Shown: positions 29,032 through 39,364, numbered from the stretch's first letter. The stretch: 124,000 bases of DNA from Hyalangium minutum (GCF_000737315.1 NZ_JMCB01000005.1:144001-268000); one strand, 5' to 3'. Program-made: numbers and translations. The notes: generated by a model from the sequence alone, not told the origin.

Positions 29032-30618
29032 ATGAGGGCCAGTATCGGCCGGAGGCTGTATGTGTCCTTCGGTCTGCTCGTCGTGGCGTTTGCCGTGCTG
29101 GGAGGGGCGAACATCGTCTCGTCCTACGGCTTTGCCCGCAGTGTGGAGAGCTCGCTGGAGCGTTCGCTCACCCTCGCGCCGGAGCTGTTCGAGCTGCGGA
29201 TGATCCACCAGCGGACCACGGTCCTGTTCTTGTCGGGGGCCCAGAAGGACTCGGCTCCGCCCTCGGAGGAGCTGTCCTCGCAGGAGGAGCGCTTCGCCCA
29301 CAGCCTCGGGGCGCTGCGGGAGAAGGGGTACCCCGGGGCCCGGCTCAATGACGTGCAAGGGCGCTTCACCGGGCTCCTGCTCTTGGGCCGCAAGCTGCTG
29401 GCCGTCTCGGGAGAGGCAGACCCTCAGGGCGCCTTTCTCCTCTTCCAGCAGCAGACCCATGAGCTGGAGCAGCAGTTGGACGCGATGGCGAAGGACGAGG
29501 TGAGCACGGTGCGCACCTCCTTGAAGGTGCTCCGGCGGAACTTCGAGAAGGGCGCGTGGACATTCGCCGGAGGGGTTGTGGGCTGCATCCTCGTGGCGCT
29601 GCTGCTGGCCTTCGGGCTGCGGCGCTCGCTGGTGCACCCGCTGCGGGCGCTCACGGGGGTGGCGCGGGAGATCAGCGAGAACGGGGACCTGACGCTCCAC
29701 GTGCCTGTGCGCTCGGGGGATGAGGTGGGGCAGCTGGCGCACGCCTTCCGGGAGATGGTGGAGCGCCTGCGCACCATTCACAACGAGCTGCGCGCCTCGG
29801 GGGGCACGCTGGCCACCTCGGCGGCGAACGTGCGCCGCTCGGCCGTGCAGCAGCAGGAGACGGTGAGCAGCCAGGCGGCGGCGCTGCACCAGACGCGCGT
29901 CACCGCCGAGGCGCTGCGGGAGACCTCATCGGTGGCGGCCCAGCGCGCGCACTCCGTGCTGGACCTGGCCGTGCGGGCGGACACGCTGGGGCGCGCGGGG
30001 GAGACGTCCATTGCCCAGAGCGTCTCCGGGCTGGCGAACCTGGGGGCGCAGGTGCAGGAGATTGCCCAGCGCATCCGCAACCTGGGGGAGAGCACCCAGC
30101 AGATCGGCGCCATCACCAAGACGGTGAAGGCGCTGGCGGACCGCTCCAACATGTTGGCGCTCAATGCCGCCATCGAGGCGGTGCGCAGCGGCGAGCACGG
30201 CAAGGGCTTCGCCGTGGTGGCGCAGGAGATCCGCTCGCTGGCGGATCAATCCATCGAGGCCACGGTCCGGGTGCGCGAGATTCTGGACGCGGTGGGCCGC
30301 GCGGTGGCGGAGACGGTCAGCATCACCCAGCGCAACGCCGAGCAGATGCAGGGAGGGCTGGAGCAGGTGAGCGCCACGGGCGAGAGCCTGCGGGAGCTGT
30401 CCGGCCTCATTCGCGCGAACGCCAGCGCGGTGAAGGAGATCGTCGCCGCGGTCAGCCAGCAGGACCTGGGCATCGCGCAGATCTTCCTGGCGGTGAGCGA
30501 GCTCTCCAAGATGATGGCGGACACGGAGAAGGAGCTGGACGCCACGAAGACGGCGGCGGTGATGCTCGATGACGTGTCCCAGAAGCTCACGGACGTGGTG
30601 ACGCGCTACCGGGCTTGA
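29032..30618 (+). CDS. Methyl-accepting chemotaxis protein (2 TM, HAMP)
   Basis: [12 protein letters not shown]; signalling tip [31 protein letters not shown]. Confidence 0.9.
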   Translation: MRASIGRRLYVSFGLLVVAFAVLGGANIVSSYGFARSVESSLERSLTLAPELFELRMIHQRTTVLFLSGAQKDSAPPSEELSSQEERFAHSLGALREKGYPGARLNDVQGRFTGLLLLGRKLLAVSGEADPQGAFLLFQQQTHELEQQLDAMAKDEVSTVRTSLKVLRRNFEKGAWTFAGGVVGCILVALLLAFGLRRSLVHPLRALTGVAREISENGDLTLHVPVRSGDEVGQLAHAFREMVERLRTIHNELRASGGTLATSAANVRRSAVQQQETVSSQAAALHQTRVTAEALRETSSVAAQRAHSVLDLAVRADTLGRAGETSIAQSVSGLANLGAQVQEIAQRIRNLGESTQQIGAITKTVKALADRSNMLALNAAIEAVRSGEHGKGFAVVAQEIRSLADQSIEATVRVREILDAVGRAVAETVSITQRNAEQMQGGLEQVSATGESLRELSGLIRANASAVKEIVAAVSQQDLGIAQIFLAVSELSKMMADTEKELDATKTAAVMLDDVSQKLTDVVTRYRA

Positions 30619-30675
30619 AGCAGCGCTTGACGGCCCAGGCACCCGGGGTGAGCATGGGCCGGTCGGGGCCGGCGG

Positions 30676-33360
30676 TTGCTCACCGCGCACAGAGCATTCT
30701 TCCAGACCATGTTCGTCGACCGCTGTCGTTGCGGGACCCTCTCTGGGACGGGCGCGGCCCGGCTTTTCCTTGTGGCCGGAGTGTTGCTCGCGGTGAGCGC
30801 GGGCGCCTACGAGGGGACGGGGGTCTCCCGGGAGAACCCGGATGCGGGGGTTCCGCAGCCTGCGCCCCAGCTTACGAAGGCGCCGGAGCTCCTCGAGTTC
30901 GTGGAGGCCACCTATCCGCCCGAGGCGCTCGCTCGAGGCGAGGGCGCGGAGGTGGCCTTCTTCATCGACATCGATGAGAACGGCCAGGTGACGCAGGCCG
31001 AGGTGACGCGCTCGGCGGGGCCGGAGTTCGACGCGGCGGCGCGCGAGGCGGTGCTGCGGCTGCGGTTCTCTCCGGCCGAGGTGGATGGGAAGCCCGCGCC
31101 GGTCCGCATCGAGTATGTCTACCACTTCGTGCCCAAGCCGCCGCCGCCGCCCGAGCCCACCGCGCCCGTGGAGCAGCCGGTGAACTTCAAGGGCCGGATT
31201 GTCGAGCGAGGAACGCGGGATCCAATTCCGAACGCCACGGTGTACCTGCCCGAGCAGGGCCTCACGGCGGAGACGGACGTGGAGGGGCGCTTCGAGCTGC
31301 GCGGGGTGACGCCTGGGAAGCTGAAGGTGGAGATCTCCGAGCCGAAGCACCGGAAGTTCCTCACCACCGAGGAGGTGAGGGAGGGCGAGGTGACGGAGCT
31401 GACCGCGTACCTCTGGAAGAAGCTGGAGAGCGGCTTCGAGACGGTGGTGACGGGGGCCCGGGAGAAGAAGGAGGTCGCCCGGCGCACGCTCCAGAAGCAG
31501 GAGCTCCAGAGCGTCCCTGGCACCTTCGGGGATCCGCTCCGCGTGCTGCAGAACATGCCCGGCATGGCGCGGGCGCCCTACATCTCGGGCGCGCTGCTCG
31601 TGCGAGGCGCCCAGCCGCAGGACACGCAGGTGATGATCGACGGGGTGCCCATTCCGCTGCTCTACCACTTCGCGGGGGGGCCTTCGGTGATCAACGCCTC
31701 GTTCATCGACCGGATCGACTTCTTCCCGGGAGCGTACGGGGCGAAGTACGGCCGGGCGCTCGCGGGCATCGTGGACGTGGGGACGCGGCCTCCGGAGCCC
31801 AAGCGCCTGCATGGCCTCGTCGACATCGACCTGCTGGACTCGGGCTTCTACCTGGAGGCGCCGCTGAGCTCGGAGAAGAACTACGGGTCGGTCGCGGTGG
31901 CGGCCCGGCGCAGCTACATCGACGTGCTGCTGCCGCCCATCCTGGAGGCCTTCCGCGAGCCCGGCCAGGCCTCGACCGTGGCCTCGCCGTACTACTGGGA
32001 CTACCAGGCACGCTACGACTTGAAGCTCGGGAAGGATCGGTTCGAGGTGGTCGCGTTCGGCTCGAGTGACCGGCTGGAGGTCTCCCAGAGCGGCTCGGAG
32101 GAGACCCAGCCCTTCTCGTTGGACACGTCCCAGGCCTTCCACCGGTTCCGGCTGGGCTGGAGCCGCCCGACCGAGTCCGGGTGGAAGCTGTCCCTGTCGC
32201 CCACCGTGGGCGTCACCCCGTTCAACTTCCGGATTGGGGATCAGTTCAAGGGGAGCATCACCTCGCGGGACGTGAACCTGAGAGGGGCCGCCGAGAAGGA
32301 GCTCGCCAAGGGGCTCTCCTTCGAGACGGGAGTGGACCTCAACGCCTCCTTCTATGACGTGCGCTTCGAGTTCCCTCAGGTGGCCAAGCCGGGCGAGGAG
32401 CCTCCTCCGCCCGTGGTCATCCAGGAGGACGTGAACGTGTCCACGTACGCGGCCTACGCCGAGGCGGTCTGGTCGCCCGTGGAGGCACTGAAGATCGTCC
32501 CGGGGCTCCGCTTCGAGGCCTACCACCTGCCCGGCGGGTGGCGCCCCTCGCTCGAGCCCCGGATTGCCACGCGCTACGCGGTGAACGACCGGCTCACGGC
32601 GAAGGCGGCGTTCGGCATCTTCCGGCAGGCGCCCCAGCCCAGCGAGATGGCGCCTCGGTTCGGCAACCCGGACCTGGGGCTGCTGCGGAGCCGGCAGACG
32701 GCGGGCGGCATCGAGTGGAAGTTCACTCAGGCGCTGCTGCTGGACCTGCAGGGCTTCTACAACTGGCGGGATCGGCTCGTGGTGTTCACTCAGGACTTCG
32801 TGGAGCGGGACGGCAAGCAGGAGCCCGAGCTCTATGACCACGATGGGAAGGGGCGGGCCTACGGCGTCGAGGTGCTGCTCAAGCACGAGCTCACCGAGCG
32901 CTTCTATGGATGGGTGGCCTACACGCTGTCCCGGTCCGTGCAGCTCGACGAGGACACGGGCACGTACGTGCCAGTCGAGTTCGATCAGTCGCACATCCTC
33001 ACGCTGGTGGGCTCTTACAAGCTGGACAGCGGCTGGGAGGTGGGGATGCGGTTCCGCCTCACGACGGGGCGGCCGGAGACGCCCATCACGGGCGGCACCT
33101 TCAACGCGGACACGGGCCGGTACTTCCCCGACGAGGGCAGGCCCGGCTCGGCGCGAGGCGCCACCTTCCACCAGCTGGATCTCCGCGCCGAGAAGCAATG
33201 GACGTTCGAGCGCTGGCGGCTGTCGGCGTACCTGGACGTGCAGAACATCTACAACGCCTCGAACCCGGAGGGGACGCTCTGGGACTACCGGTACCGCGAG
33301 AGCGCGCCGCTCCGAGGCCTTCCGCTGCTTCCCACCTTTGGCGTCAAGGGAGAGTTCTGA
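30676..33360 (+). CDS. TonB-dependent receptor with N-terminal TonB-C-like and carboxypeptidase-reg domains
   Basis: YPPEALARG TonB-C; plug GDPLRVLQNMPG; C-terminal beta-barrel ending in GEF; start uncertain. Confidence 0.85.
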   Translation: MLTAHRAFFQTMFVDRCRCGTLSGTGAARLFLVAGVLLAVSAGAYEGTGVSRENPDAGVPQPAPQLTKAPELLEFVEATYPPEALARGEGAEVAFFIDIDENGQVTQAEVTRSAGPEFDAAAREAVLRLRFSPAEVDGKPAPVRIEYVYHFVPKPPPPPEPTAPVEQPVNFKGRIVERGTRDPIPNATVYLPEQGLTAETDVEGRFELRGVTPGKLKVEISEPKHRKFLTTEEVREGEVTELTAYLWKKLESGFETVVTGAREKKEVARRTLQKQELQSVPGTFGDPLRVLQNMPGMARAPYISGALLVRGAQPQDTQVMIDGVPIPLLYHFAGGPSVINASFIDRIDFFPGAYGAKYGRALAGIVDVGTRPPEPKRLHGLVDIDLLDSGFYLEAPLSSEKNYGSVAVAARRSYIDVLLPPILEAFREPGQASTVASPYYWDYQARYDLKLGKDRFEVVAFGSSDRLEVSQSGSEETQPFSLDTSQAFHRFRLGWSRPTESGWKLSLSPTVGVTPFNFRIGDQFKGSITSRDVNLRGAAEKELAKGLSFETGVDLNASFYDVRFEFPQVAKPGEEPPPPVVIQEDVNVSTYAAYAEAVWSPVEALKIVPGLRFEAYHLPGGWRPSLEPRIATRYAVNDRLTAKAAFGIFRQAPQPSEMAPRFGNPDLGLLRSRQTAGGIEWKFTQALLLDLQGFYNWRDRLVVFTQDFVERDGKQEPELYDHDGKGRAYGVEVLLKHELTERFYGWVAYTLSRSVQLDEDTGTYVPVEFDQSHILTLVGSYKLDSGWEVGMRFRLTTGRPETPITGGTFNADTGRYFPDEGRPGSARGATFHQLDLRAEKQWTFERWRLSAYLDVQNIYNASNPEGTLWDYRYRESAPLRGLPLLPTFGVKGEF

Positions 33361-34316
33361 TGCCTGCCCACCGGATGATGACCCTGTCCGTGCTCGTGTC
33401 GCTGACGGCCTGCTCCTATGACTTCGAGCGGTCGAGCGAGATCCGTGACCGCCGGATCCTCGCCGTGCAGATTGAGCCCCCCGAGGTGGCGGGTGGCGCT
33501 CCATTGCCGGAGGCCGTGCTGGCCCAGGCGCTGGTGGTGGATCCCGCGAATCCGCTGGCCGCTGTAGAGGTGAGCTGGCGCTCCTGCCTACGCCTGCCGA
33601 GGGCCGCTGCCGACGTGGGCGAGGCGGAGAACACCCGCTGCCCCGAGGACGAGAACACGGTCCTCCTCGGGAGCAGCTCGGCCGCCCTGGAGGCTGTCTC
33701 CCTGGGCGCTCCATTGCCTCCAGAGCTGGTGGGCCTGCTGGCCGCCGCGAGCGACGTGCCAGCGCCGCAGCTCCAGGTCCAGGTCGAGGTGAGCTCGGAG
33801 CCACAGCCGCTGGTGGCCGTGAAGCAGCTCACGGTGACCTCACGCCTGCCGGAGGGGCAGGAGCCCAACCGCAACCCCGTGCTTCAGAGGGTGACGCTGG
33901 ATGGCACGGACTGGCTCCCGGACACGCCGAGGACGCTCAAGTACGGCGACTGCCCGGACGAGGAGAAGAAGGAGGCCGAGGCCGACGATGGGAGCAGGGT
34001 GCTTGTCTGCGAGCACGACGTGGAGCCGTTCTTCGACGAGGAGACGCAGTCCCAGTTCTACGAGGAGCGTGGGTTCAGCGGGGAGCCGGAGCTGCAGCGA
34101 GAGATCCTCCGGTTCGCGTGGTTCACGGACGCGGGCTCCTTCCGGCGGAACAACACCCGGCAGTTCGACCCGAGAGACCCTTCCCCTGACAACGTAGGTC
34201 CGCAGAATAATTGGCGGGAACCTGCCACCAAGACCGAGCGAGCCACCCTCTGGCTGATCGTCCGCGACGGCCGGGGTGGCACCTCCTGGCTGCGCCGCGA
34301 GGTGATCTTCGAGTAG
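33360..34316 (+). CDS. Lipoprotein co-transcribed with the TonB-dependent receptor
   Basis: Lipobox LTACS; RILAVQIEPPE; LWLIVRDGRGG; TGATG stop/start coupling. Confidence 0.7.
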   Translation: MPAHRMMTLSVLVSLTACSYDFERSSEIRDRRILAVQIEPPEVAGGAPLPEAVLAQALVVDPANPLAAVEVSWRSCLRLPRAAADVGEAENTRCPEDENTVLLGSSSAALEAVSLGAPLPPELVGLLAAASDVPAPQLQVQVEVSSEPQPLVAVKQLTVTSRLPEGQEPNRNPVLQRVTLDGTDWLPDTPRTLKYGDCPDEEKKEAEADDGSRVLVCEHDVEPFFDEETQSQFYEERGFSGEPELQREILRFAWFTDAGSFRRNNTRQFDPRDPSPDNVGPQNNWREPATKTERATLWLIVRDGRGGTSWLRREVIFE

Positions 34317-34336
34317 CCGGTCTCCCCACCTTGAAA

Positions 34337-34378
34337 TCGTGTTTTGTGGACACTAAGTTAGTGTCAAAGAGACACGAA
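34337..34378. promoter_or_regulatory. Tandem NrtR-type operator boxes
   Basis: TTAGTGTCAAAGAGACACGAA (34358-34378; 21 bp, GT-N7-AC core) preceded by a second box, TCGTGTT-TTGTG-GACACTAA; directly upstream of the SPFH/NAD-kinase pair. Confidence 0.6.
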
Positions 34379-34393
34379 AGGAGGGTGGGAGCC

Positions 34394-35395
34394 ATGCCCA
34401 TCCGGTACATCAAGGCGGCGCCGACGACGTACGTCATCCAGTTCCAAGACGGGAAGGTGAGGCGGGAGGGGCCGGGGTTGTCGTTCCTGTACTGGGCGCC
34501 GACGACGACGCTGGTGGCGGTGCCGCTGGCCAGCGCGGACGTGCCCTTCGTGTTCAACGAGGTGACGAAGGACTTCCAGGCGGTGACGCTGCAGGGGCAG
34601 CTCACGTACCGTGTGGCGGATCCGAAGCGGCTGGCCTCGCTGCTGGACTACTCCATCACTCCGGGGGGCAAGTACCTCTCGAACGACCCGGAGAAGCTGG
34701 AGGAGCGGTTGGTGCAGGTGGCGCAGGTGCGTGCGCGCACGGTGGTTCAGGGCATGGACCTGCGCGAGGTGCTGGTGCGCTCGGAGGTGGTGGAGGCGCA
34801 GGTGCTGGCGGCGCTGGGGGCCACGGAGGCCATCCGCATGCTGGGCGTGGAGGTGATGGGCTTCTCGCTGCTGTCGGTGCGGCCCACGCCGGAGATGTCC
34901 CGGGCGCTCGAGGCCGAGGCCCGCGAGGGCCTGCAGCGCCGTGCGGACGAGGCCATCTACTCGCGCCGCAACGCCGCGGTGGAGCAGGAGCGCCGCATCA
35001 AGGAGAGCGAGCTGTCCACGGAGCTGGCGGTGGAGGAGAAGCGTCGGCAGATCCGCGAGGCGCAGATGGCGGCGGACATCGCGGTGGAGGAGCAGCGCGC
35101 CGCGCTCATGGCGCGCTGGACGGAGAACGAGCGCCATGCCGCTGACGCGCGCGCCTACGCTCTGGAGAAGGTGTTGGCGCCCGTGCGCGGGGTGGACTGG
35201 AAGACGCTCATGGCGGCCAACGGAGGAGGGAACGACCCGAAGCTGAACATCGCCCTGGCGTTCCGGGAGATGGCGGAGAACGCGGGGAAGATCGGCGAGC
35301 TGAACATGTCGCCGGAGCTGCTGAGCGGGCTGCTGGGGCCCACGCAGAAGGAGCCCGCCTCCGAGCCGCAGCAGCGCACGCGGGGCAACCGGTGA
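34394..35395 (+). CDS. SPFH/band-7 domain protein (NrtX/OrfX-like)
   Basis: SPFH core (TKDFQAVTLQGQLTYRV) followed by an EQERRIKESEL coiled coil. Confidence 0.8.
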   Translation: MPIRYIKAAPTTYVIQFQDGKVRREGPGLSFLYWAPTTTLVAVPLASADVPFVFNEVTKDFQAVTLQGQLTYRVADPKRLASLLDYSITPGGKYLSNDPEKLEERLVQVAQVRARTVVQGMDLREVLVRSEVVEAQVLAALGATEAIRMLGVEVMGFSLLSVRPTPEMSRALEAEAREGLQRRADEAIYSRRNAAVEQERRIKESELSTELAVEEKRRQIREAQMAADIAVEEQRAALMARWTENERHAADARAYALEKVLAPVRGVDWKTLMAANGGGNDPKLNIALAFREMAENAGKIGELNMSPELLSGLLGPTQKEPASEPQQRTRGNR

Positions 35396-35402
35396 GGGCG
35401 CC

Positions 35403-36323
35403 ATGTTCGAGAAGATCATCCTCGTCACGAGGAAGACGCGGCTGGAGGAGCTCGTCGAGCGGCTGAACACCCGCGCCCAGGCGCGCTTCTACCTGGAGCA
35501 CGCCGGGCAGGACTTCGAGGACTACGCGCGCGAGGACGACGCCTACCGCCGGGCCTTGGACGGGCTGCACGGCGCGCTGTCGCTGGGGCTGCCGGTGCAG
35601 CAGGTGGATCGCTCACTGGTGCCCACCTTCCTCTTCAGCGGCAAGGAGGTGGTGGTGGCGGTGGGGCAGGACGGGCTGGTGGCCAACGTGGCCAAGTACG
35701 TGGGCGGCCAGCCGCTGGTGGGCGTGAACCCGGACCTCTCGCGCTTCGATGGAGTGCTGCTGCCCTTCGGTGTGACGGGTGCGCGCGCGGCGGTGCGCAA
35801 GACGCTGGAGGGCAAGGCGAGCGTTCGCGAGGTCACCCTGGCGGAGGTACGCCTCCAGGATGGGCAGCGGCTGCTGGCCTTCAATGACCTGTTCCTCGGG
35901 GCGCGCACGCACGTCTCCGCCCGCTACACGCTGCGCTATGGGGACACGGCCGAGCCCCAGTCCTCCAGCGGAGTGGTCGTCTCCACCGGTGCGGGCTCCA
36001 GCGGGTGGCTCTCGTCCATCTTCAACCTGGCCCGGGGGATCACGGAGAGCACGGGCGGCGTGCCCGGGAGCGCGTGGCGCATGGGCTGGGAAGACCCTCG
36101 GCTGGCCTTCGTGGTGCGCGAGCCCTTCATCAGCCGCCACTCCTCGGCCCGCCTCATCAGCGGCTTCGTCACCGCCGAGCACGAGCTGGTGCTGGAGTCC
36201 CGCATGCCCTCGGGCGGCGTCATCTTCAGTGATGGTGTCGAGGAGGACTTCCTGGCCTTCAGCGCGGGGGCCACCGCTCACATCCGCCCGGCGGCCCAAC
36301 GCGCCCGGCTCGTGGTTCCATGA
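35403..36323 (+). CDS. PpnK-type NAD kinase-fold protein (NrtY/OrfY-like)
   Basis: VGQDGLVAN (GGDG-like), GVNPD, AFNDLFLG and SSGVVVSTGAGSSGW (GST-like) motifs. Confidence 0.75.
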   Translation: MFEKIILVTRKTRLEELVERLNTRAQARFYLEHAGQDFEDYAREDDAYRRALDGLHGALSLGLPVQQVDRSLVPTFLFSGKEVVVAVGQDGLVANVAKYVGGQPLVGVNPDLSRFDGVLLPFGVTGARAAVRKTLEGKASVREVTLAEVRLQDGQRLLAFNDLFLGARTHVSARYTLRYGDTAEPQSSSGVVVSTGAGSSGWLSSIFNLARGITESTGGVPGSAWRMGWEDPRLAFVVREPFISRHSSARLISGFVTAEHELVLESRMPSGGVIFSDGVEEDFLAFSAGATAHIRPAAQRARLVVP

Positions 36324-36631
36324 GAGCCGTCAGGCTGCTTGCCCGACGGCCAGACGCCCGTCAACCCCCTGAAAATCGGCCTCGCCTGCACCTCCGGCCC
36401 TGTCGGGGCATCTCATGAATATGGGAGGCTGGGGATGCTTCCCCGTCCGGTGGGCAAAGGCGCCCTGCCTCTCCGGGCGAGGAATTGTGGGCGTGGAGCC
36501 TGGATCAGGCTTACCTTTAGGGAGAGTAGGGTAGGCTGGAGCATGTCACGGGACGCGGAACGTTTCACCGGAGTTGCACGTCGTAGAATTCAGGCGTAGG
36601 ACGCAATTCCGGGGGGTGGTGAGGAGTGAAT

Positions 36632-37054
36632 ATGGTCGGCCTCGTCGTCGCATCTCACGGGCGTCTAGCGGAAGAGCTGGTAGCCACCGCCGAGCAGATC
36701 GTCGGCAAGCTGCCCGCAGTGGCTACGTGCAACATCGAGCCGGGGACGTCCGTCGAGGACCTCCGGATGAAGATGAAGCAGGCCGTGGCCAAGGTCGATG
36801 ACGGGGAAGGCGTCATCGTCATGGCCGACCTCTTTGGAGGCACTCCTTGTAAGGAATCCCTGATGATGTGTCAGCGGGGCAATCTCGAAGTGCTCGCTGG
36901 CGTGAACCTCCCGATGATTCTCAAGGCCAACTCCCTGCGTGGCGAGCACTTGCCGCTGGCGGAGATGGCCTCCTTGCTGGCCTCGCACGGCCAGCGCAAC
37001 ATCACCTGCGCATCCGCCCTGCTTCGCGAAGCTCAGCAGTCATCTCGAACTTGA
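36632..37054 (+). CDS. PTS mannose-class EIIA
   Basis: VVASHGRLAEEL, DLFGGTPC, GVNLPM. Confidence 0.9.
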   Translation: MVGLVVASHGRLAEELVATAEQIVGKLPAVATCNIEPGTSVEDLRMKMKQAVAKVDDGEGVIVMADLFGGTPCKESLMMCQRGNLEVLAGVNLPMILKANSLRGEHLPLAEMASLLASHGQRNITCASALLREAQQSSRT

Positions 37055-37087
37055 CGCGGAGCCGCTCGTCGGCGATTCGAGGCAGCC

Positions 37088-37573
37088 GTGATCACCCTGG
37101 TTCGGGTCGACAACCGCCTCATTCATGGACAGGTCGTGGAGGCCTGGCTGCCGCACCTCAAGGTGCAGCGCGTCGTCGTGGCCGATGACGAGGCCGCCTC
37201 CAGCCCGCTCATCCGTGCCGCCATGGCGCTGGCGATCCAAAGTGCCATTGAAGTGCAGATTCAGCCGCTGGCGCAGGTGGACTTCGTCGCGCTGACGAAG
37301 GACGGCGTGCGCACCCTGGTGCTGCTGAGGGACGTGGCGGCCGTGCCATTTGCCTACGCGCATGGGCTGACGCTGGACCACCTGAACCTGGGCAACGTGC
37401 ACTTCGGTGCGGGCCGCCGGCAGGTGTCGCCCTCCGTCTTCTTGGCGGAGGCGGAGGTCCAGGCGCTCCAGGGGCTGGCGGACAAGGGCGTCCGGGTCGA
37501 GGCCCGCGCGGTGCCCTCCGAGAAGGCCGTGGAGCTGGGAGAGCTGACCGAGCGCTGGACAAAGGGCGGGTGA
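37088..37573 (+). CDS. PTS mannose-class EIIB
   Basis: RVDNRLIHGQV phosphorylation motif, LNLGNVH. Confidence 0.9.
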   Translation: MITLVRVDNRLIHGQVVEAWLPHLKVQRVVVADDEAASSPLIRAAMALAIQSAIEVQIQPLAQVDFVALTKDGVRTLVLLRDVAAVPFAYAHGLTLDHLNLGNVHFGAGRRQVSPSVFLAEAEVQALQGLADKGVRVEARAVPSEKAVELGELTERWTKGG

Positions 37574-37577
37574 CCCT

Positions 37578-38294
37578 GTGAGCGTGGGCTGGACCCAGGT
37601 TCTGCTCGCGTTCTTGTGGGGCGGCCTCGTCGCCGTGGAGCGCAAGGCGTTCCTCCAGGCGATGCTCTCCCGGCCGCTGGCCTCCGCGACCGTGATGGGG
37701 CTGCTGCTGGGAGACCTGCGCGCGGGCCTCTTCATCGGCATGCTGCTGGAGCTGTTCTACCTGGGCACCGCGAACCTGGGCGCCGCGCTGCCGGAGAATG
37801 ACACCGTGTCGGCCACGGGCACGGCGGCGGCGGCGGCCACCATGGCGGCGGCCACGGGCGCGGGCTCGACGCAGGCGCTCTGGTCCGTGGCCATCCTGCT
37901 CTTCCTGCCGCTGGGCCGGGCGGGGCGCATCGCGGACCGCATGCTGGAGGGCTACATGGCGCGGCTGGCGCGGGTGGCCCTGGCCTCGGCCGAGGCGGGC
38001 AACCTCTCTCGCGCGGTGCGGCAGAACCTCTGGGGCATGTGGCCTCACTTCCTCGTGTACGGGCTGGTGGCGGCGCTGTGCGCGCTGCTCGGCTTCTTCC
38101 TCGGGCCACTGGTGGAGCGGCTGCCGTTGGACTTGCTGCGCGGGCTGGCGTGGGCCTTCCCGGCAATGGCCTCGGTGGCGGCGGCGCTGGCGGCGCAGGG
38201 CAGCCATGCGAAGCGGGCTCCGCTGTACGCGGGGCTGGGCGCCACGGTGGTGACGTTGCTGGTCATCCTGTTTACCCTCCAGGAGGGCCGGTGA
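37578..38294 (+). CDS. PTS mannose-class EIIC
   Basis: MLSRPL, GMLLELFYLG..NLGAALP. Confidence 0.85.
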   Translation: MSVGWTQVLLAFLWGGLVAVERKAFLQAMLSRPLASATVMGLLLGDLRAGLFIGMLLELFYLGTANLGAALPENDTVSATGTAAAAATMAAATGAGSTQALWSVAILLFLPLGRAGRIADRMLEGYMARLARVALASAEAGNLSRAVRQNLWGMWPHFLVYGLVAALCALLGFFLGPLVERLPLDLLRGLAWAFPAMASVAAALAAQGSHAKRAPLYAGLGATVVTLLVILFTLQEGR

Positions 38295-39061
38295 GCACGA
38301 CCGACCCCACCACCCTCGGCCGGACCGTGCTGCTTCGGGTGCTGCTGCGCTCACTGGCGCTGCAGGCCTCGTGGAACCCCAAGGGCATGCAGAACCTGGG
38401 GCTGGCGTACGCGCTCTTCCCGGCGCTGGAGCAGCTCTACCCGGACAAGAAGGCGCAGGAGGCCGCGGTGCAGCGGCACCTGGTCTTCTTCAACACGCAC
38501 CCATACGTGGCGGCGGCGATTGTGGGCGGGGTGCTCTACCACGAGCAGCGCATTGCCCGGGGCGAGGAGCCACCGGACAAGGTGGTGGCCTTCAAGGCGG
38601 CGCTCATGGGGCCGCTGGCGGCGCTGGGGGATGGGTTCTTCTGGCTCTCGCTGAAGCCGGCCGTGGGGGCCATATGCGCCGCCCTGGTGCCCGTGCTGCA
38701 TGCGTGGGCCGTGGTGCTCTTCCTGTTCCTCTACAACTTCGTGCACTTCACGCTGCGCGCCCGCTTCTATTGGATGGGCCTCACGCTGGGCGACAGATTG
38801 GTGGAGGCGATTGCCCGTGCCAACCTGCCCACGCGGGGGGCTCGGCTCCGCTCGGTGGCGGCGGCGTGCGCGGGGGGCCTGGCTGCGTGGCTCGCGGTGG
38901 ACCTGGGGAAGACGGCGGGCGGGGACCATGCGCCTTGGCTGGTGGCGGGCTGCCTGGTCTTGGGGGTTGCGTCCTACGTGCTCGTTCAACAGCGGGTGCC
39001 CAATTACGTCGTGCTGTACCTTGCCGCGGGGCTGGCGTGCGCGGCGGGAGCCTTTCTCTAG
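38291..39061 (+). CDS. PTS mannose-class EIID
   Basis: QASWNPKGMQNLG, FFNTHPY, LMGPLAALGDGFFW. Confidence 0.9.
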   Translation: MSTTDPTTLGRTVLLRVLLRSLALQASWNPKGMQNLGLAYALFPALEQLYPDKKAQEAAVQRHLVFFNTHPYVAAAIVGGVLYHEQRIARGEEPPDKVVAFKAALMGPLAALGDGFFWLSLKPAVGAICAALVPVLHAWAVVLFLFLYNFVHFTLRARFYWMGLTLGDRLVEAIARANLPTRGARLRSVAAACAGGLAAWLAVDLGKTAGGDHAPWLVAGCLVLGVASYVLVQQRVPNYVVLYLAAGLACAAGAFL

Positions 39062-39085
39062 TGAAGCGGGAGTGTGAAGCCGCCC

Positions 39086-39364
39086 ATGGCCAACGTCGCT
39101 GAAGCCACTTTCGAGATCATCAACGAGCTGGGGCTGCACGCCCGGGCAGCTGCACAGCTCGTCAAGGTGGCCAACCGGTTCAAGTGTGAGACGCTCATCG
39201 AGCACCAAGGTCAGCGGGCCAACGCCAAGTCCATCATGGGTGTGCTCATGTTGGCGGCGGGGCAGGGCTCCATGGTGAAGCTCTCCTGCAAGGGCGAGGA
39301 CGCGGACAAGTGTCTGGCGGAGATTGGCAAGCTGATTGCCGACCGCTTTGGAGAGGGCAAGTAG
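39086..39364 (+). CDS. ptsH: HPr phosphocarrier protein
   Basis: GLHARAA (His15) and NAKSIMGVLML (Ser46). Confidence 0.95.
   Translation: MANVAEATFEIINELGLHARAAAQLVKVANRFKCETLIEHQGQRANAKSIMGVLMLAAGQGSMVKLSCKGEDADKCLAEIGKLIADRFGEGK

Noticed and set aside
29926-33804. Very long antisense ORFs (also 47380-51255, 100728-103538, 38351-40861, 73322-75631 and many shorter ones)
   Set aside because: These are shadow frames of GC3-biased genes: Arg/Gly/His-rich, no motifs, and fully opposite well-supported CDSs.
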